From Patescibacteria group bacterium (GTDB lineage: Bacteria; Patescibacteriota; Microgenomatia; Levybacterales; UBA12049), in contig JBBTVD010000003.1 of NCBI GenBank assembly GCA_038063415.1, positions 8,489 through 72,488 of the forward strand: a stretch of DNA of 64,000 bases. The letters are read 5' to 3'. Made by a program: the position numbers and the translations under genes. Shown in pieces: positions 38,151 through 46,994 of the stretch (position 1 is its first letter; each line of letters starts with the position of its first letter). The notes under the pieces were generated by a model. The model saw only the letters and a program-made list of their open reading frames with translations, had not been told where the DNA came from and searched no databases.

Positions 38151-38352
38151 GAAGTTTGGGGACAAGAAAATCGAGTGCTTCCTCGATGGCTCCTTTGAGA
38201 GTTATCAGCGTCGGAGAAGGATACATTTTATGAATTTCTTTGAGAGTATATCCATCTTTTAATCGGTAAAGAATAACATCTATTGGAATCCTTGTTCCTT
38301 TGACTACCAAATCTCCCCCCATAATTGCTGGATCAGAACGTAAGTATTTCAT
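38131..38352 (-). CDS. DUF433 antitoxin
   Basis: DPAIMGGDLVVKGTRIPI...EIHKMYP; promoter TTGACA-N17-TTAAAT, 6 nt to ATG. Confidence 0.88.
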   Translation of the reverse strand: MKYLRSDPAIMGGDLVVKGTRIPIDVILYRLKDGYTLKEIHKMYPSPTLITLKGAIEEALDFLVPKLHGEKAL

Positions 38353-38404
38353 GCTATGATTTAATCACGAGATAAAAAAACTGTCAACAACTTGTAGAAA
38401 AAAA

Positions 38405-39559
38405 TTATAACTTCCCCGGATTTACTCGAATAATCTTATCATCATCGGCAGTTGGCGTACCCCTTCCATCTCTGTTGCTCGTTGTTATATATAATAGTCC
38501 ATCAGGACCAGCAATTACTTCACGAATCCTGCCAAATTCATTTACCAGATATTCCGTAACAGTAGGCTCATCTGCCTGAAAGGTTACTTTGTAGAGTGAT
38601 TTCCCCCGAAGTCCGGTAAAGTAAAGTGAACCATTAAGTGAAGTAATCCCTCCAGGAGCCCAGGTAGTTATCGCTCCAGAATTAGCAACAGGAGTAACCA
38701 TTCCAGGTCGTGTTTCATCACCTTGAATAACCGGCCAGCCATAATTATCGCCTTCTTCGATACGGTTCAGCTCATCAAACCCAGACTGAAGCCCAGATCG
38801 TCCGTGCTCCGTTGCCCACAGGTTTCCATTTGTATCCCAGGTAATTCCTTGCGCATTTCGATGCCCATACGAATAAATTTCATTGTCAAAAGGATTACCT
38901 AGCGCTGGCTCTCCAGTATCGGTAATACGAAGAATCTTGCCACCCAACGTTTTGGTATTTTGTGCTTGTGAAGGTTCTTGTGCGTCGCCGGTGGTTATAT
39001 AAAGAAATCCATCAGGGCCAAAAGCAATCCGTCCGCCATTATGATTCGGAGCACCGGGAATAGCATCAAGAATTATTGTTTCATCCTCTAGACGATTATT
39101 TTGGTAGGTCGTCCGAACAACACGATTACGAGTCTCATCTCCTGTACTATTGTATGTGTAATACAGGTAGACATATTTATTGTTCTCAAAATCAGGATGC
39201 AGCGTTATACCCAAGAGACCTCCTTCCCCAATCTCCTTGACAGAAGGAAGTGTCGCAATCATTCGAGGAGAGAAGCTCCAATCAGTCGGGATATGCCAGA
39301 CAGTCCCTTTGCGCTCAGTAACAAAAAGACTTGTATCAGGAAGAAACGTCAGCGCCCAAGGTGTATCAAGATGCTGAGCAAGAACGGTAATCCGCTCTGC
39401 TTCACTGGTAACTTCAGGAGCTTGTGTAGGGGATGCAGGGACAGTAACTTCTTTCGTAACGGATATGGTCTTTTTTTGTTGATTCACGAGAAATAAGATA
39501 CCAAGGCCAACCAAAACAACAAGCGATACAATACCTGAAATAAGGACAGTTTTTCGCAT
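38405..39559 (-). CDS. PQQ-dependent sugar (glucose/sorbosone) dehydrogenase family
   Basis: PWALTFLPD, GEGGLLG, HNGGRIAFGPDG, YGHRNAQG, NYGWP, GRIRE; N-terminal TM. Confidence 0.9.
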   Translation of the reverse strand: MRKTVLISGIVSLVVLVGLGILFLVNQQKKTISVTKEVTVPASPTQAPEVTSEAERITVLAQHLDTPWALTFLPDTSLFVTERKGTVWHIPTDWSFSPRMIATLPSVKEIGEGGLLGITLHPDFENNKYVYLYYTYNSTGDETRNRVVRTTYQNNRLEDETIILDAIPGAPNHNGGRIAFGPDGFLYITTGDAQEPSQAQNTKTLGGKILRITDTGEPALGNPFDNEIYSYGHRNAQGITWDTNGNLWATEHGRSGLQSGFDELNRIEEGDNYGWPVIQGDETRPGMVTPVANSGAITTWAPGGITSLNGSLYFTGLRGKSLYKVTFQADEPTVTEYLVNEFGRIREVIAGPDGLLYITTSNRDGRGTPTADDDKIIRVNPGKL

Positions 39560-39647
39560 ATTTCTATAATAGCATATTTGTTTGCTCACCTAACCTAAAA
39601 ATGTTACAATACGGCTATCCCGCAAGGCTTATAGAAACTAAATTCCT

Positions 39648-41876
39648 ATGAAACAAATTTTTATTGCAATCGCCGTTATCATCTCAATCGTTAGTCTTAT
39701 TACGCTTTCTTTTACCTTTAATCAAGTTGAGAATGAAAGACAACGTCTGCTTCTTGACCTGCAACATCGTTCCGGTATTATCGCAGAGAATTTGGCAGAA
39801 ACGCTTGCACCCAACTTCCTACAAGCATCTTCTTCTGCTATACAAACACAAGTAACAGAATTCGCAGGAGATGATGAAGAATATGCTGGACTTGCTGTCT
39901 ATGATAATAAAGGACAACTCTTGGCAGTCGCTCCTGATACCATTAAAGAGATTACCGGTACGCAACAAGTAATTGAAAATGCTATTGATACGGACACTGC
40001 ATCGGGCAATTTTCGTAAAATCGGGAGTAATAATTTTTATGTCTTTGCGATACCACTCCATGACAAACGGTTAACAGTTGGATCTCTCATGATTGTACAA
40101 AATGCCAACTATATTGACATTCGGCTTATGGATATCTGGAGAAATAGCCTTCTGAGACTCTTCATTCAGGTTTTTATTATTTCCTTGGCAACACTGCTCT
40201 TACTTCGCTGGATTGTGTATGAACCGATTCGCAAGCTCGTTGAATCACTCCAACAAGTCGGAAGTGGTAAAAAGCATAAGAAAATTCCAAACAATCCCCT
40301 CTTGCAACCAGTTATCAAAGAGTTCTCTCGTATCCAGACAAATCTTACACAGGCACGTTTGGCAGCAAGTGAAGAAGCACGCCTTCGTCTAGAAAAAGTC
40401 GATTCTCCCTGGACAGAAGAACAGCTTAAGGCTTTTGTTAAAGATATTCTCGATGACCGAAAGATTATCATCGCTTCCAATCGTGAACCGTATATCCATA
40501 CCAAGACAAATGGGAAAATCTCATATTACTTCCCAAGTGGTGGTGTGGTAACAGCCATTGATCCAATTATGCAGGCATGTGGTGGTACGTGGGTCGCACA
40601 TGGAAGTGGCGATGCTGATCGAATGGTTGTTGATAAAAACGACAGAATCGCTGTACCACCAGGGGAATCTAAATACACACTCCGTCGGGTGTGGCTCTCC
40701 AAAGAAGAAGAAGATCGGTATTACAATGGCTTTTCCAATGAAGGGCTTTGGCCACTCTGTCATATGGCACATACTCGCCCTATTTTTAGAAAAGATGACT
40801 GGGAAGAATACAAGCGAGTCAATCAAAAGTTTGCCAAAGCGATTCTCCAGGAAATTAAACGGAGCAATCGTCCGATTGTTTTGGTGCAAGACTTCCATCT
40901 AGCACTTGTTCCAGCGCTTATTAAAGCAGAGCGGCCAGATGCTACTATTGGCATTTTCTGGCATGTACCATGGCCCAATTCTGAAGCATTTAGTATCTGT
41001 CCATTCAGAAAAGAACTCCTTGATGGGATGCTTGGAGCAGACATCATTGGTTTCCATACCCAGCTACACTGCAATAATTTCATTGATACCGTTGGGAAAG
41101 AACTGGAGTCACTTATTGACCTCGAGCAATTTGCGATTACCAGAAACGGTCATACAGCGTATGTCAAACCCTTCCCCATTAGTATTGCTTTTTCTGAGGA
41201 ACACGCATACAAATCATACGATCAATCAGTACAAATTAATACCAAAGAAATTCGTAAGGAACTCAATATTCAAAGTAAATATATTGGACTAGGAGTCGAC
41301 CGTCTTGATTACACCAAGGGAATGCTAGAGCGCTTCCGGGCAATTGAAACATTTCTAGACAAGTATCCAGATTATCGAGAACAATTTACTTTTGTCCAAA
41401 TCGCTCCTTCAAGTCGTAGCTCCGTGAAAAAGTATAGAGAATTCGAAAATGAAGTACAAAAGGAAGTAACAAGGATTAACGGTAAATTCCAAACAAGAAC
41501 ATGGAAGCCAATTCTGCTGCTAAGCAAACGATACTCACATGCTGAACTCCAACATTTCTACCAGCTAGCAAATCTTTGTCTGGTAACCTCCCTTCATGAT
41601 GGGATGAATTTAGTGGCAAAAGAGTATGTCGCCGCACGCAATGATGAAAAGGGCGTTCTTATCCTTAGCCAATTTGCAGGGGCTTCACGAGAGCTGAAAG
41701 ATGCATTTATCGTTAACCCATACAATATTGAAAACATGGCTGATATTATCAAAGAATCTCTTGAAATGAATGATGAAGAACAAAGTAGACGTATGAAAAA
41801 AATGCGTACGGTCATTAAAAACTTTAATATTTATCGTTGGTCAGCAGAACTGCTCAAGACCTTGGTTAATTTGTAA
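39648..41876 (+). CDS. otsA: Trehalose-6-phosphate synthase (GT20) with N-terminal membrane sensor-like module
   Basis: SNREPY, YYNGFSNEGLWPLCH, VQDFHL, FWHVPWP, GVDRLDYTKG, DGMNLVAKEY, LSQFAGA; about 265-aa N-terminal TM-extracellular-TM-HAMP-like region. Confidence 0.88.
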   Translation: MKQIFIAIAVIISIVSLITLSFTFNQVENERQRLLLDLQHRSGIIAENLAETLAPNFLQASSSAIQTQVTEFAGDDEEYAGLAVYDNKGQLLAVAPDTIKEITGTQQVIENAIDTDTASGNFRKIGSNNFYVFAIPLHDKRLTVGSLMIVQNANYIDIRLMDIWRNSLLRLFIQVFIISLATLLLLRWIVYEPIRKLVESLQQVGSGKKHKKIPNNPLLQPVIKEFSRIQTNLTQARLAASEEARLRLEKVDSPWTEEQLKAFVKDILDDRKIIIASNREPYIHTKTNGKISYYFPSGGVVTAIDPIMQACGGTWVAHGSGDADRMVVDKNDRIAVPPGESKYTLRRVWLSKEEEDRYYNGFSNEGLWPLCHMAHTRPIFRKDDWEEYKRVNQKFAKAILQEIKRSNRPIVLVQDFHLALVPALIKAERPDATIGIFWHVPWPNSEAFSICPFRKELLDGMLGADIIGFHTQLHCNNFIDTVGKELESLIDLEQFAITRNGHTAYVKPFPISIAFSEEHAYKSYDQSVQINTKEIRKELNIQSKYIGLGVDRLDYTKGMLERFRAIETFLDKYPDYREQFTFVQIAPSSRSSVKKYREFENEVQKEVTRINGKFQTRTWKPILLLSKRYSHAELQHFYQLANLCLVTSLHDGMNLVAKEYVAARNDEKGVLILSQFAGASRELKDAFIVNPYNIENMADIIKESLEMNDEEQSRRMKKMRTVIKNFNIYRWSAELLKTLVNL

Positions 41877-41881
41877 AATTC

Positions 41882-42391
41882 ATGAAACTTGTTTCTCCCT
41901 CAGCTGTTTATAAAGAGCAATACATTACCGCACTCGCTGAGGCTACAGCTCACCAAACGCTGACGACACTGGAAAAGCTTTGGGAAAATGAAACATTTGA
42001 CCAATTTATACAACGACTTGCAGCTCAAGAAAGAGGTATTAATCTCCCCACAGACTGGGTCCCAGCAACGACCCTCTGGTTGATTGACCAGGGAGAGTTT
42101 ATTGGCCGGGTCTCGATCAGACATAGGTTAAACGAAGAGCTAGGTAAGATTAATGGACATATTGGCTACTTTATCCGTCCAAGCAAAAGACAGATGGGCT
42201 ACGGGAAAAAAATTCTGGCACTTGCCCTTCCAGAAGCAGAGAGACTTGGTTTGGCAAAGGTGCTTGTGACCTGTGATGAGGATAATATCGGCTCTCGAAA
42301 GATTATCGAAGCAAATGGGGGGGTTCTGGAAAATATTGTTGACCAAGGACATAATCTCCCACCAAAACGCCACTATTGGATTACATTGTAG
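41882..42391 (+). CDS. GNAT acetyltransferase
   Basis: IGRVSIRHRLN, GHIGYFIRPSKRQMGYG, LVTCDEDNIGSRKIIEANGG. Confidence 0.88.
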   Translation: MKLVSPSAVYKEQYITALAEATAHQTLTTLEKLWENETFDQFIQRLAAQERGINLPTDWVPATTLWLIDQGEFIGRVSIRHRLNEELGKINGHIGYFIRPSKRQMGYGKKILALALPEAERLGLAKVLVTCDEDNIGSRKIIEANGGVLENIVDQGHNLPPKRHYWITL

Positions 42392-42437
42392 TGAATGCGT
42401 TTTCTCCATATCTAGGATATAATATATTTTTCTTACT

Positions 42438-43475
42438 ATGAGTTTATTATTTTTTGTAACCATTGGTCTTATCCTTGCTATCGTATTTGGCGTTCGACAT
42501 ATTGAGCGCGCTGATTAGTATATTTGGGCGATCAGTGGTCTTTTGGCAATTGGTCTCTATAGCAGTACGTATGGCATCGTGCTGAAAGAAGCCAAGCAAC
42601 ATCTCAAGATCATTCTCTCCGCAGTTACGGTTGGCGTCTTCCTCAAAGCACTTTTTATAGGAAGTATCTTAAGCTGGCTATTTCATGACCCCTTTTTCTT
42701 TTTGCTCGGCATTATGGTTGCCCAGATTGACCCACTCTCAGTTTCAAAGTTAATGCACGGTACTCGCCTCTCGGCAAAAGCCAAAACCATTCTTGCTTCC
42801 TGGGCATCATTTGATGATCCGATTACGGTGATTCTTTGCCTCTATGCCCCCATTTTATTGGCACAAATCACTGGAAGCGAATGGCTATCTCTTACTGATA
42901 TAGATAAAAATGCAAATGGAATTCAAGGATATTTGGATGTGTTTCTGTTTAACTTAGGATTTGCAGGGTTAGTATTCCTTATTTGGAAATTAAGTAAAAA
43001 ACAGCTTGCCAATAGATTGCTTCGCTCGTCACATATTGCCCTTTTAGGAGGAAGTATCGCAGTAACAGTCTCACAGCTTTGGATGTTGAGTGTTGCACTG
43101 ATCGGTTTGTTCCTTCGTCCGCCTATTGATCTCTTTATTGAAAAAGCGATCCAATGGTCACTTCGTATGGCAGCGATCCTCCTTGGAGTACTCCTCGTTA
43201 GTGGCGTTAATCTCCTCTACGGAGTAGCACTCGGTATTGCTGCCTTTACCGCACAGATTCTGGTCGGGATGCTACTTACTCGTGGCTTGGTCGGCAAAGA
43301 TCGTATCCATATAGCCTTTGCCCAACAAAATGGTATTACTGCTATTATTCTTTCGCTTCTTTTTGAACCACTTTATCCGAGAACAGTAAGCATCATCGCG
43401 CCAGCAATTCTTGTCATAAATACAATACATGCAGTAAGTAACCAGTTACTTGATCGCTTTGTACTCCAGAAGTAA
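42438..43475 (+). pseudogene. Multi-TM cation/proton antiporter-like protein with in-frame TAG at codon 27
   Basis: ATG 42438 MSLLFFVTIGLILAIVFGVRHIERAD*YIWAISGLLAIGLY continues in frame into ORF 42543..43475; AQIDPLSV and SFDDP antiporter-like motifs. Confidence 0.6.
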
Positions 43476-44003
43476 CGAATGAAATAAAGGTGAGGCTTCC
43501 AGCAGTTGTGTCTCTTCTCGACACCAAAAAGAATACGTATCAGGATGCTTCTCTATTTCTTTTAACCAACTCTTCCATGAAAGCCATTTGCAGGTTTCTA
43601 CTTCCTCTGGATTTGGTATGGGCTCCTGAACCGTCACACCAGTAAGCACTGGACAGATTTCATTTTCCACAATACCGTAGAGTTCACAGGTATAGCGATA
43701 TTTTGGAAGTACCATTGTCAAGGCCACGTCAGTAATCCCCAGTTCATATTCAAGACGTCGTCGTGCTGCCGATGCGGGAGTCTCATCAAGACTAGGATGA
43801 CCACAACAGCTATTTGACCACATCAATGGCCAGGTTTTCTTCTTGTGGCTTCGTTGTTGGATAAGTAACCCTTTCTGTGGGTGAAAAATAAACGAAGAAA
43901 AAGCACGATGGAGTGGAGTCCTGTCACTATGTGCAGCATACTTCTCCATCGTACCGAGTACTTCATTTTGCTCGTTTACCAGGACGACTTCTTCACGTGC
44001 CAT
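43446..44003 (-). CDS. idi: Isopentenyl-diphosphate delta-isomerase type 1
   Basis: LHRAFSSFIF, QQRSHKKKTWP, WSNSCCGHP, ENEICPV, PNPEEV. Confidence 0.93.
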   Translation of the reverse strand: MAREEVVLVNEQNEVLGTMEKYAAHSDRTPLHRAFSSFIFHPQKGLLIQQRSHKKKTWPLMWSNSCCGHPSLDETPASAARRRLEYELGITDVALTMVLPKYRYTCELYGIVENEICPVLTGVTVQEPIPNPEEVETCKWLSWKSWLKEIEKHPDTYSFWCREETQLLEASPLFHSLLLEYKAIK

Positions 44004-44033
44004 AGATAAATTGTAACATGCTACAATACTTCT

Positions 44034-45806
44034 ATGCAGTATCTTCTCTTTTTCTTACTCTTCTTCTTTTCCTTTGCCTTACCCGTGCAGGCACAATCAG
44101 CTGACGAATGGACCATTACCAACTTCCATAGCGATATTGCTATTCAGCCTGATGGCATTGTCCAAGTAACTGAAACGATTGATGTTGATTTTGATACCCT
44201 TGCGAAACGTGGCATCTATCGGGATATTCCTGTCGTGTATGAAGATGACAAAGGAGAAAAAACCTATACCAAGATTGCAGTGTCATCAATAACCCAAGAT
44301 GGAACAACTGATAAAGCAGAATATAAGGTGACTCACAACGATAATAACCTCCGTATAAGAATTGGAGATCCCGATGTAACTATTTCAGGGAAACACCAGT
44401 ATACTATTACCTACCAGGCAACAGGCGTACTTCGGTCATTTGCCGACTACGATGAACTCTATTGGAATGTCACCGGAAATGATTGGGAAGCAACCATGCA
44501 GAAAGCCTCAGCTACGGTAACTGTCCCCAAAGAAAAAATTGACAATGCCACGTGTTTTGAAGGCTATCAAGGATATACCAATCCTTGCCATATTACGAAG
44601 CAGTCACCAACGAGTGTTTCTTTTACGACTACCCGCGATCTACCACAGACACAAGGACTTACTATCGTTACGGCCTATACCAAAGGTATGGTACCGATCC
44701 TGACAGTCCCAAAACCAAAAACCATTGAGGAGGATATCGTGACACGTCCTTCAGCTATAGCTTTCCTAATAACACTCTGTGCAGCGATTATCCTCATAAT
44801 GCTCTTGTGGATGAGCAAAGGACGCGACTTTTGGTATCGAACCAGTAGTATGCTCACCTCATCCGCTAAAAGTGAACAGCGACCACTCTTTGCCCACGAG
44901 ACGAACGTTGTCGAATTTACTCCCCCTGACAAATTGCGTCCTGCCGAAATAGGCGTCCTTATGGATGAAAAAGCAGACACGCTTGATATTACTTCGACGA
45001 TTATTGATCTTGCTCATCGCGGCTTTCTCACTATTACTGAAGTACCAAAGAAATGGTTGTTTGGATCAACTGATTATATCCTGACACAAGCAAAGACAGC
45101 TGATGCCAGTTTGCTTGGCTATGAAAAACTGTTGTTGAACAAGCTTTTTGCAACCCAAAAGGTAATCAAACTATCCAGTCTCAAACAAACATTTTATGAT
45201 GATTTGGCGGCTGTCAAAAAGAAGCTGTATGAAGATATGGTCCATAAAAAACTCTTTATTGCCAATCCCGAATCTATCCGAACGAGATATATACTTTTGG
45301 GACTTGGTTTCTGTGTGTTTGGGTTTATCATTCTGATTGGAGGAATCAACTTGATCATGGGACCGATAACAACGACAGGTGCAGCTATCATTATCGGAGG
45401 GATTTTACTTCTCTTTGCCTCAAAAAATATGCCTAGACGAACGGCACTCGGACGAGAATATTATCGACGAGTAAAAGGCTATCGGCTATTTATTGACGGT
45501 GCTGAGAAGTATCGTCAACGATTTTTTGAAGATAAATCACTTTTTAATGAGATACTTCCCTATGCAATTGTTTTTGGATTGACGGGCAAATTTGCCCGCG
45601 CAATGAAAGATATGGGAGTAACACCAGCAACTCCTACCTGGTACATCGGCCATCATGCATTTGTGGCTGCTGCTTTTGCTTCAGATGTTGATAGTTTCTC
45701 AAAGTCCCTTTCGACAGCGATAGCCTCAACACCATCGAGTGGTGGTGGTTTTTCTGGTGGATCATCAGGTGGTGGGTTTGGTGGTGGTGGCGGCGGCAGT
45801 TGGTAA
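44034..45806 (+). CDS. DUF2207 family membrane protein
   Basis: VTETIDV, RGIYRDIP, DELYWNVTG, LPYAIVFG, C-terminal GGGFSGGSSGGGFGGGGGGSW. Confidence 0.9.
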   Translation: MQYLLFFLLFFFSFALPVQAQSADEWTITNFHSDIAIQPDGIVQVTETIDVDFDTLAKRGIYRDIPVVYEDDKGEKTYTKIAVSSITQDGTTDKAEYKVTHNDNNLRIRIGDPDVTISGKHQYTITYQATGVLRSFADYDELYWNVTGNDWEATMQKASATVTVPKEKIDNATCFEGYQGYTNPCHITKQSPTSVSFTTTRDLPQTQGLTIVTAYTKGMVPILTVPKPKTIEEDIVTRPSAIAFLITLCAAIILIMLLWMSKGRDFWYRTSSMLTSSAKSEQRPLFAHETNVVEFTPPDKLRPAEIGVLMDEKADTLDITSTIIDLAHRGFLTITEVPKKWLFGSTDYILTQAKTADASLLGYEKLLLNKLFATQKVIKLSSLKQTFYDDLAAVKKKLYEDMVHKKLFIANPESIRTRYILLGLGFCVFGFIILIGGINLIMGPITTTGAAIIIGGILLLFASKNMPRRTALGREYYRRVKGYRLFIDGAEKYRQRFFEDKSLFNEILPYAIVFGLTGKFARAMKDMGVTPATPTWYIGHHAFVAAAFASDVDSFSKSLSTAIASTPSSGGGFSGGSSGGGFGGGGGGSW

Positions 45807-46217
45807 TAGCTCAAAAATTTCCGCCTCTTCTTTGGTAAAATCAGTATATCGCAACCATGTCGGTTCTACTTTGAAATACACTTGATGAAGATTGTTTTCA
45901 TACTTTTGAGACTCGGGTGTTTTGGTGAAGTAAATTTTTTTATAGTTTACTAATGTTTCTCCACCAAGAACACTTACTTCTCCTTCATACTGTACGGTTA
46001 TTCCTTTTTCACCACCAAAGACAATAGCCACATGCTTGTTTTGTTGTATATTCTGATATTTTCGACTTGTACTATTGGTGCCAAAGATGAGACTAAGATC
46101 CGATGCTTCAGCAAAACCCACAAATGCAGCTTCTGGATATCCCTTGCTATTGACCGTAGCAACGATCATATGCTTCTGGGTCTTTAGAAAAGCAAGGATT
46201 TTCTGATGACTATTCAT
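45765..46217 (-). CDS. Pyridoxamine 5'-phosphate oxidase-like FMN-binding protein
   Basis: VATVNSKGYPEA, SRKYQNIQQNKHVAI, VQYEG. Confidence 0.8.
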   Translation of the reverse strand: MNSHQKILAFLKTQKHMIVATVNSKGYPEAAFVGFAEASDLSLIFGTNSTSRKYQNIQQNKHVAIVFGGEKGITVQYEGEVSVLGGETLVNYKKIYFTKTPESQKYENNLHQVYFKVEPTWLRYTDFTKEEAEIFELLPTAAATTTKPTT

Positions 46218-46281
46218 TTGATAAAGATACCCTACCCTCTCAGGACAGAGGGGTAAGATAAAAATATTCTACCACAAAGGA

Positions 46282-46848
46282 CTAGGCTTCGTGTGTTGCC
46301 AATTGCACGGTTGGCCTCTTGGCAAGATGTGTCGCCAGCGCATAAGCCCCGAAGAATACTCCCGTATAAAAGAGATCACCAAGAAGGGTAAACTTCAAAA
46401 ATGGTAATCCCATCAGATAGCTCTGCAGTAATCCCTCTATTCCCCGACTATATGCACCTGCTGCCCATACACCAAAATTGGTAATCAGGAAAAACTGTAA
46501 AGATGCACCAACAGTAGCTCCAAGAATAACTTCTGGACGCTTTGTTTTGCGAAGCCAAATCCCGATCAAACTGGAAAAAACAAAACTTCCCCAGACGTAG
46601 AAGGTTGTTGCATGAAACATCGCGCTAATCGGATAGATGTGACTAAAATCTGCATGCATCGTAAAAGGATTGACGTATAAAAGCAAATAATCCGAAACGA
46701 TAAGCGCAACAAGTGGCACGAAGATTGCAAACTTATTTGTGATATATTTCCCACCAAAAAGTCCCATCGCCGTAATTGGCGCGAAGTTTGGTAGATGGGG
46801 CAGAAGTCTGAGTAATACTGCCCCAATAATCATAACTATTGCTAACAT
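46282..46848 (-). CDS. DUF6580-like membrane protein; ECF S-component-like, putative cobalamin transporter
   Basis: About 6 TM; RLLPHLPNFAPITAMGLFGG, FFLITNFGVW, YLMGLPF..TLLGDLFY; SD GGGGGTGA; in riboswitch operon. Confidence 0.75.
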   Translation of the reverse strand: MLAIVMIIGAVLLRLLPHLPNFAPITAMGLFGGKYITNKFAIFVPLVALIVSDYLLLYVNPFTMHADFSHIYPISAMFHATTFYVWGSFVFSSLIGIWLRKTKRPEVILGATVGASLQFFLITNFGVWAAGAYSRGIEGLLQSYLMGLPFLKFTLLGDLFYTGVFFGAYALATHLAKRPTVQLATHEA

Positions 46849-46873
46849 AAAAAAATCACCCCCTCTCGTTTTC

Positions 46874-46984
46874 TGTCATTCTGAGCAAAGGTCGCCTGAA
46901 GCGACCGAAGTCGAAGAATCTTTCTCAACTAAGGTACTCTGTTGCATCAGATCCCTCGACTCCTTATAGTCGCTCGGGATGACA
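46874..46984. repeat. GTCAT...ATGAC palindromic element inside the B12 operon
   Basis: tgtcattctgagc...gtcgaagaatct ... agatccctcgac...gctcgggatgaca. Confidence 0.8.
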
Positions 46985-46994
46985 AGTTTTATTC

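Noticed and set aside
45765-45806. 42-nt convergent overlap and GGT-rich repeat
   Set aside because: Explained by the normal Gly-rich DUF2207 C-terminus; the opposite gene's tail (PTAAATTTKPTT) is incidental read-through.
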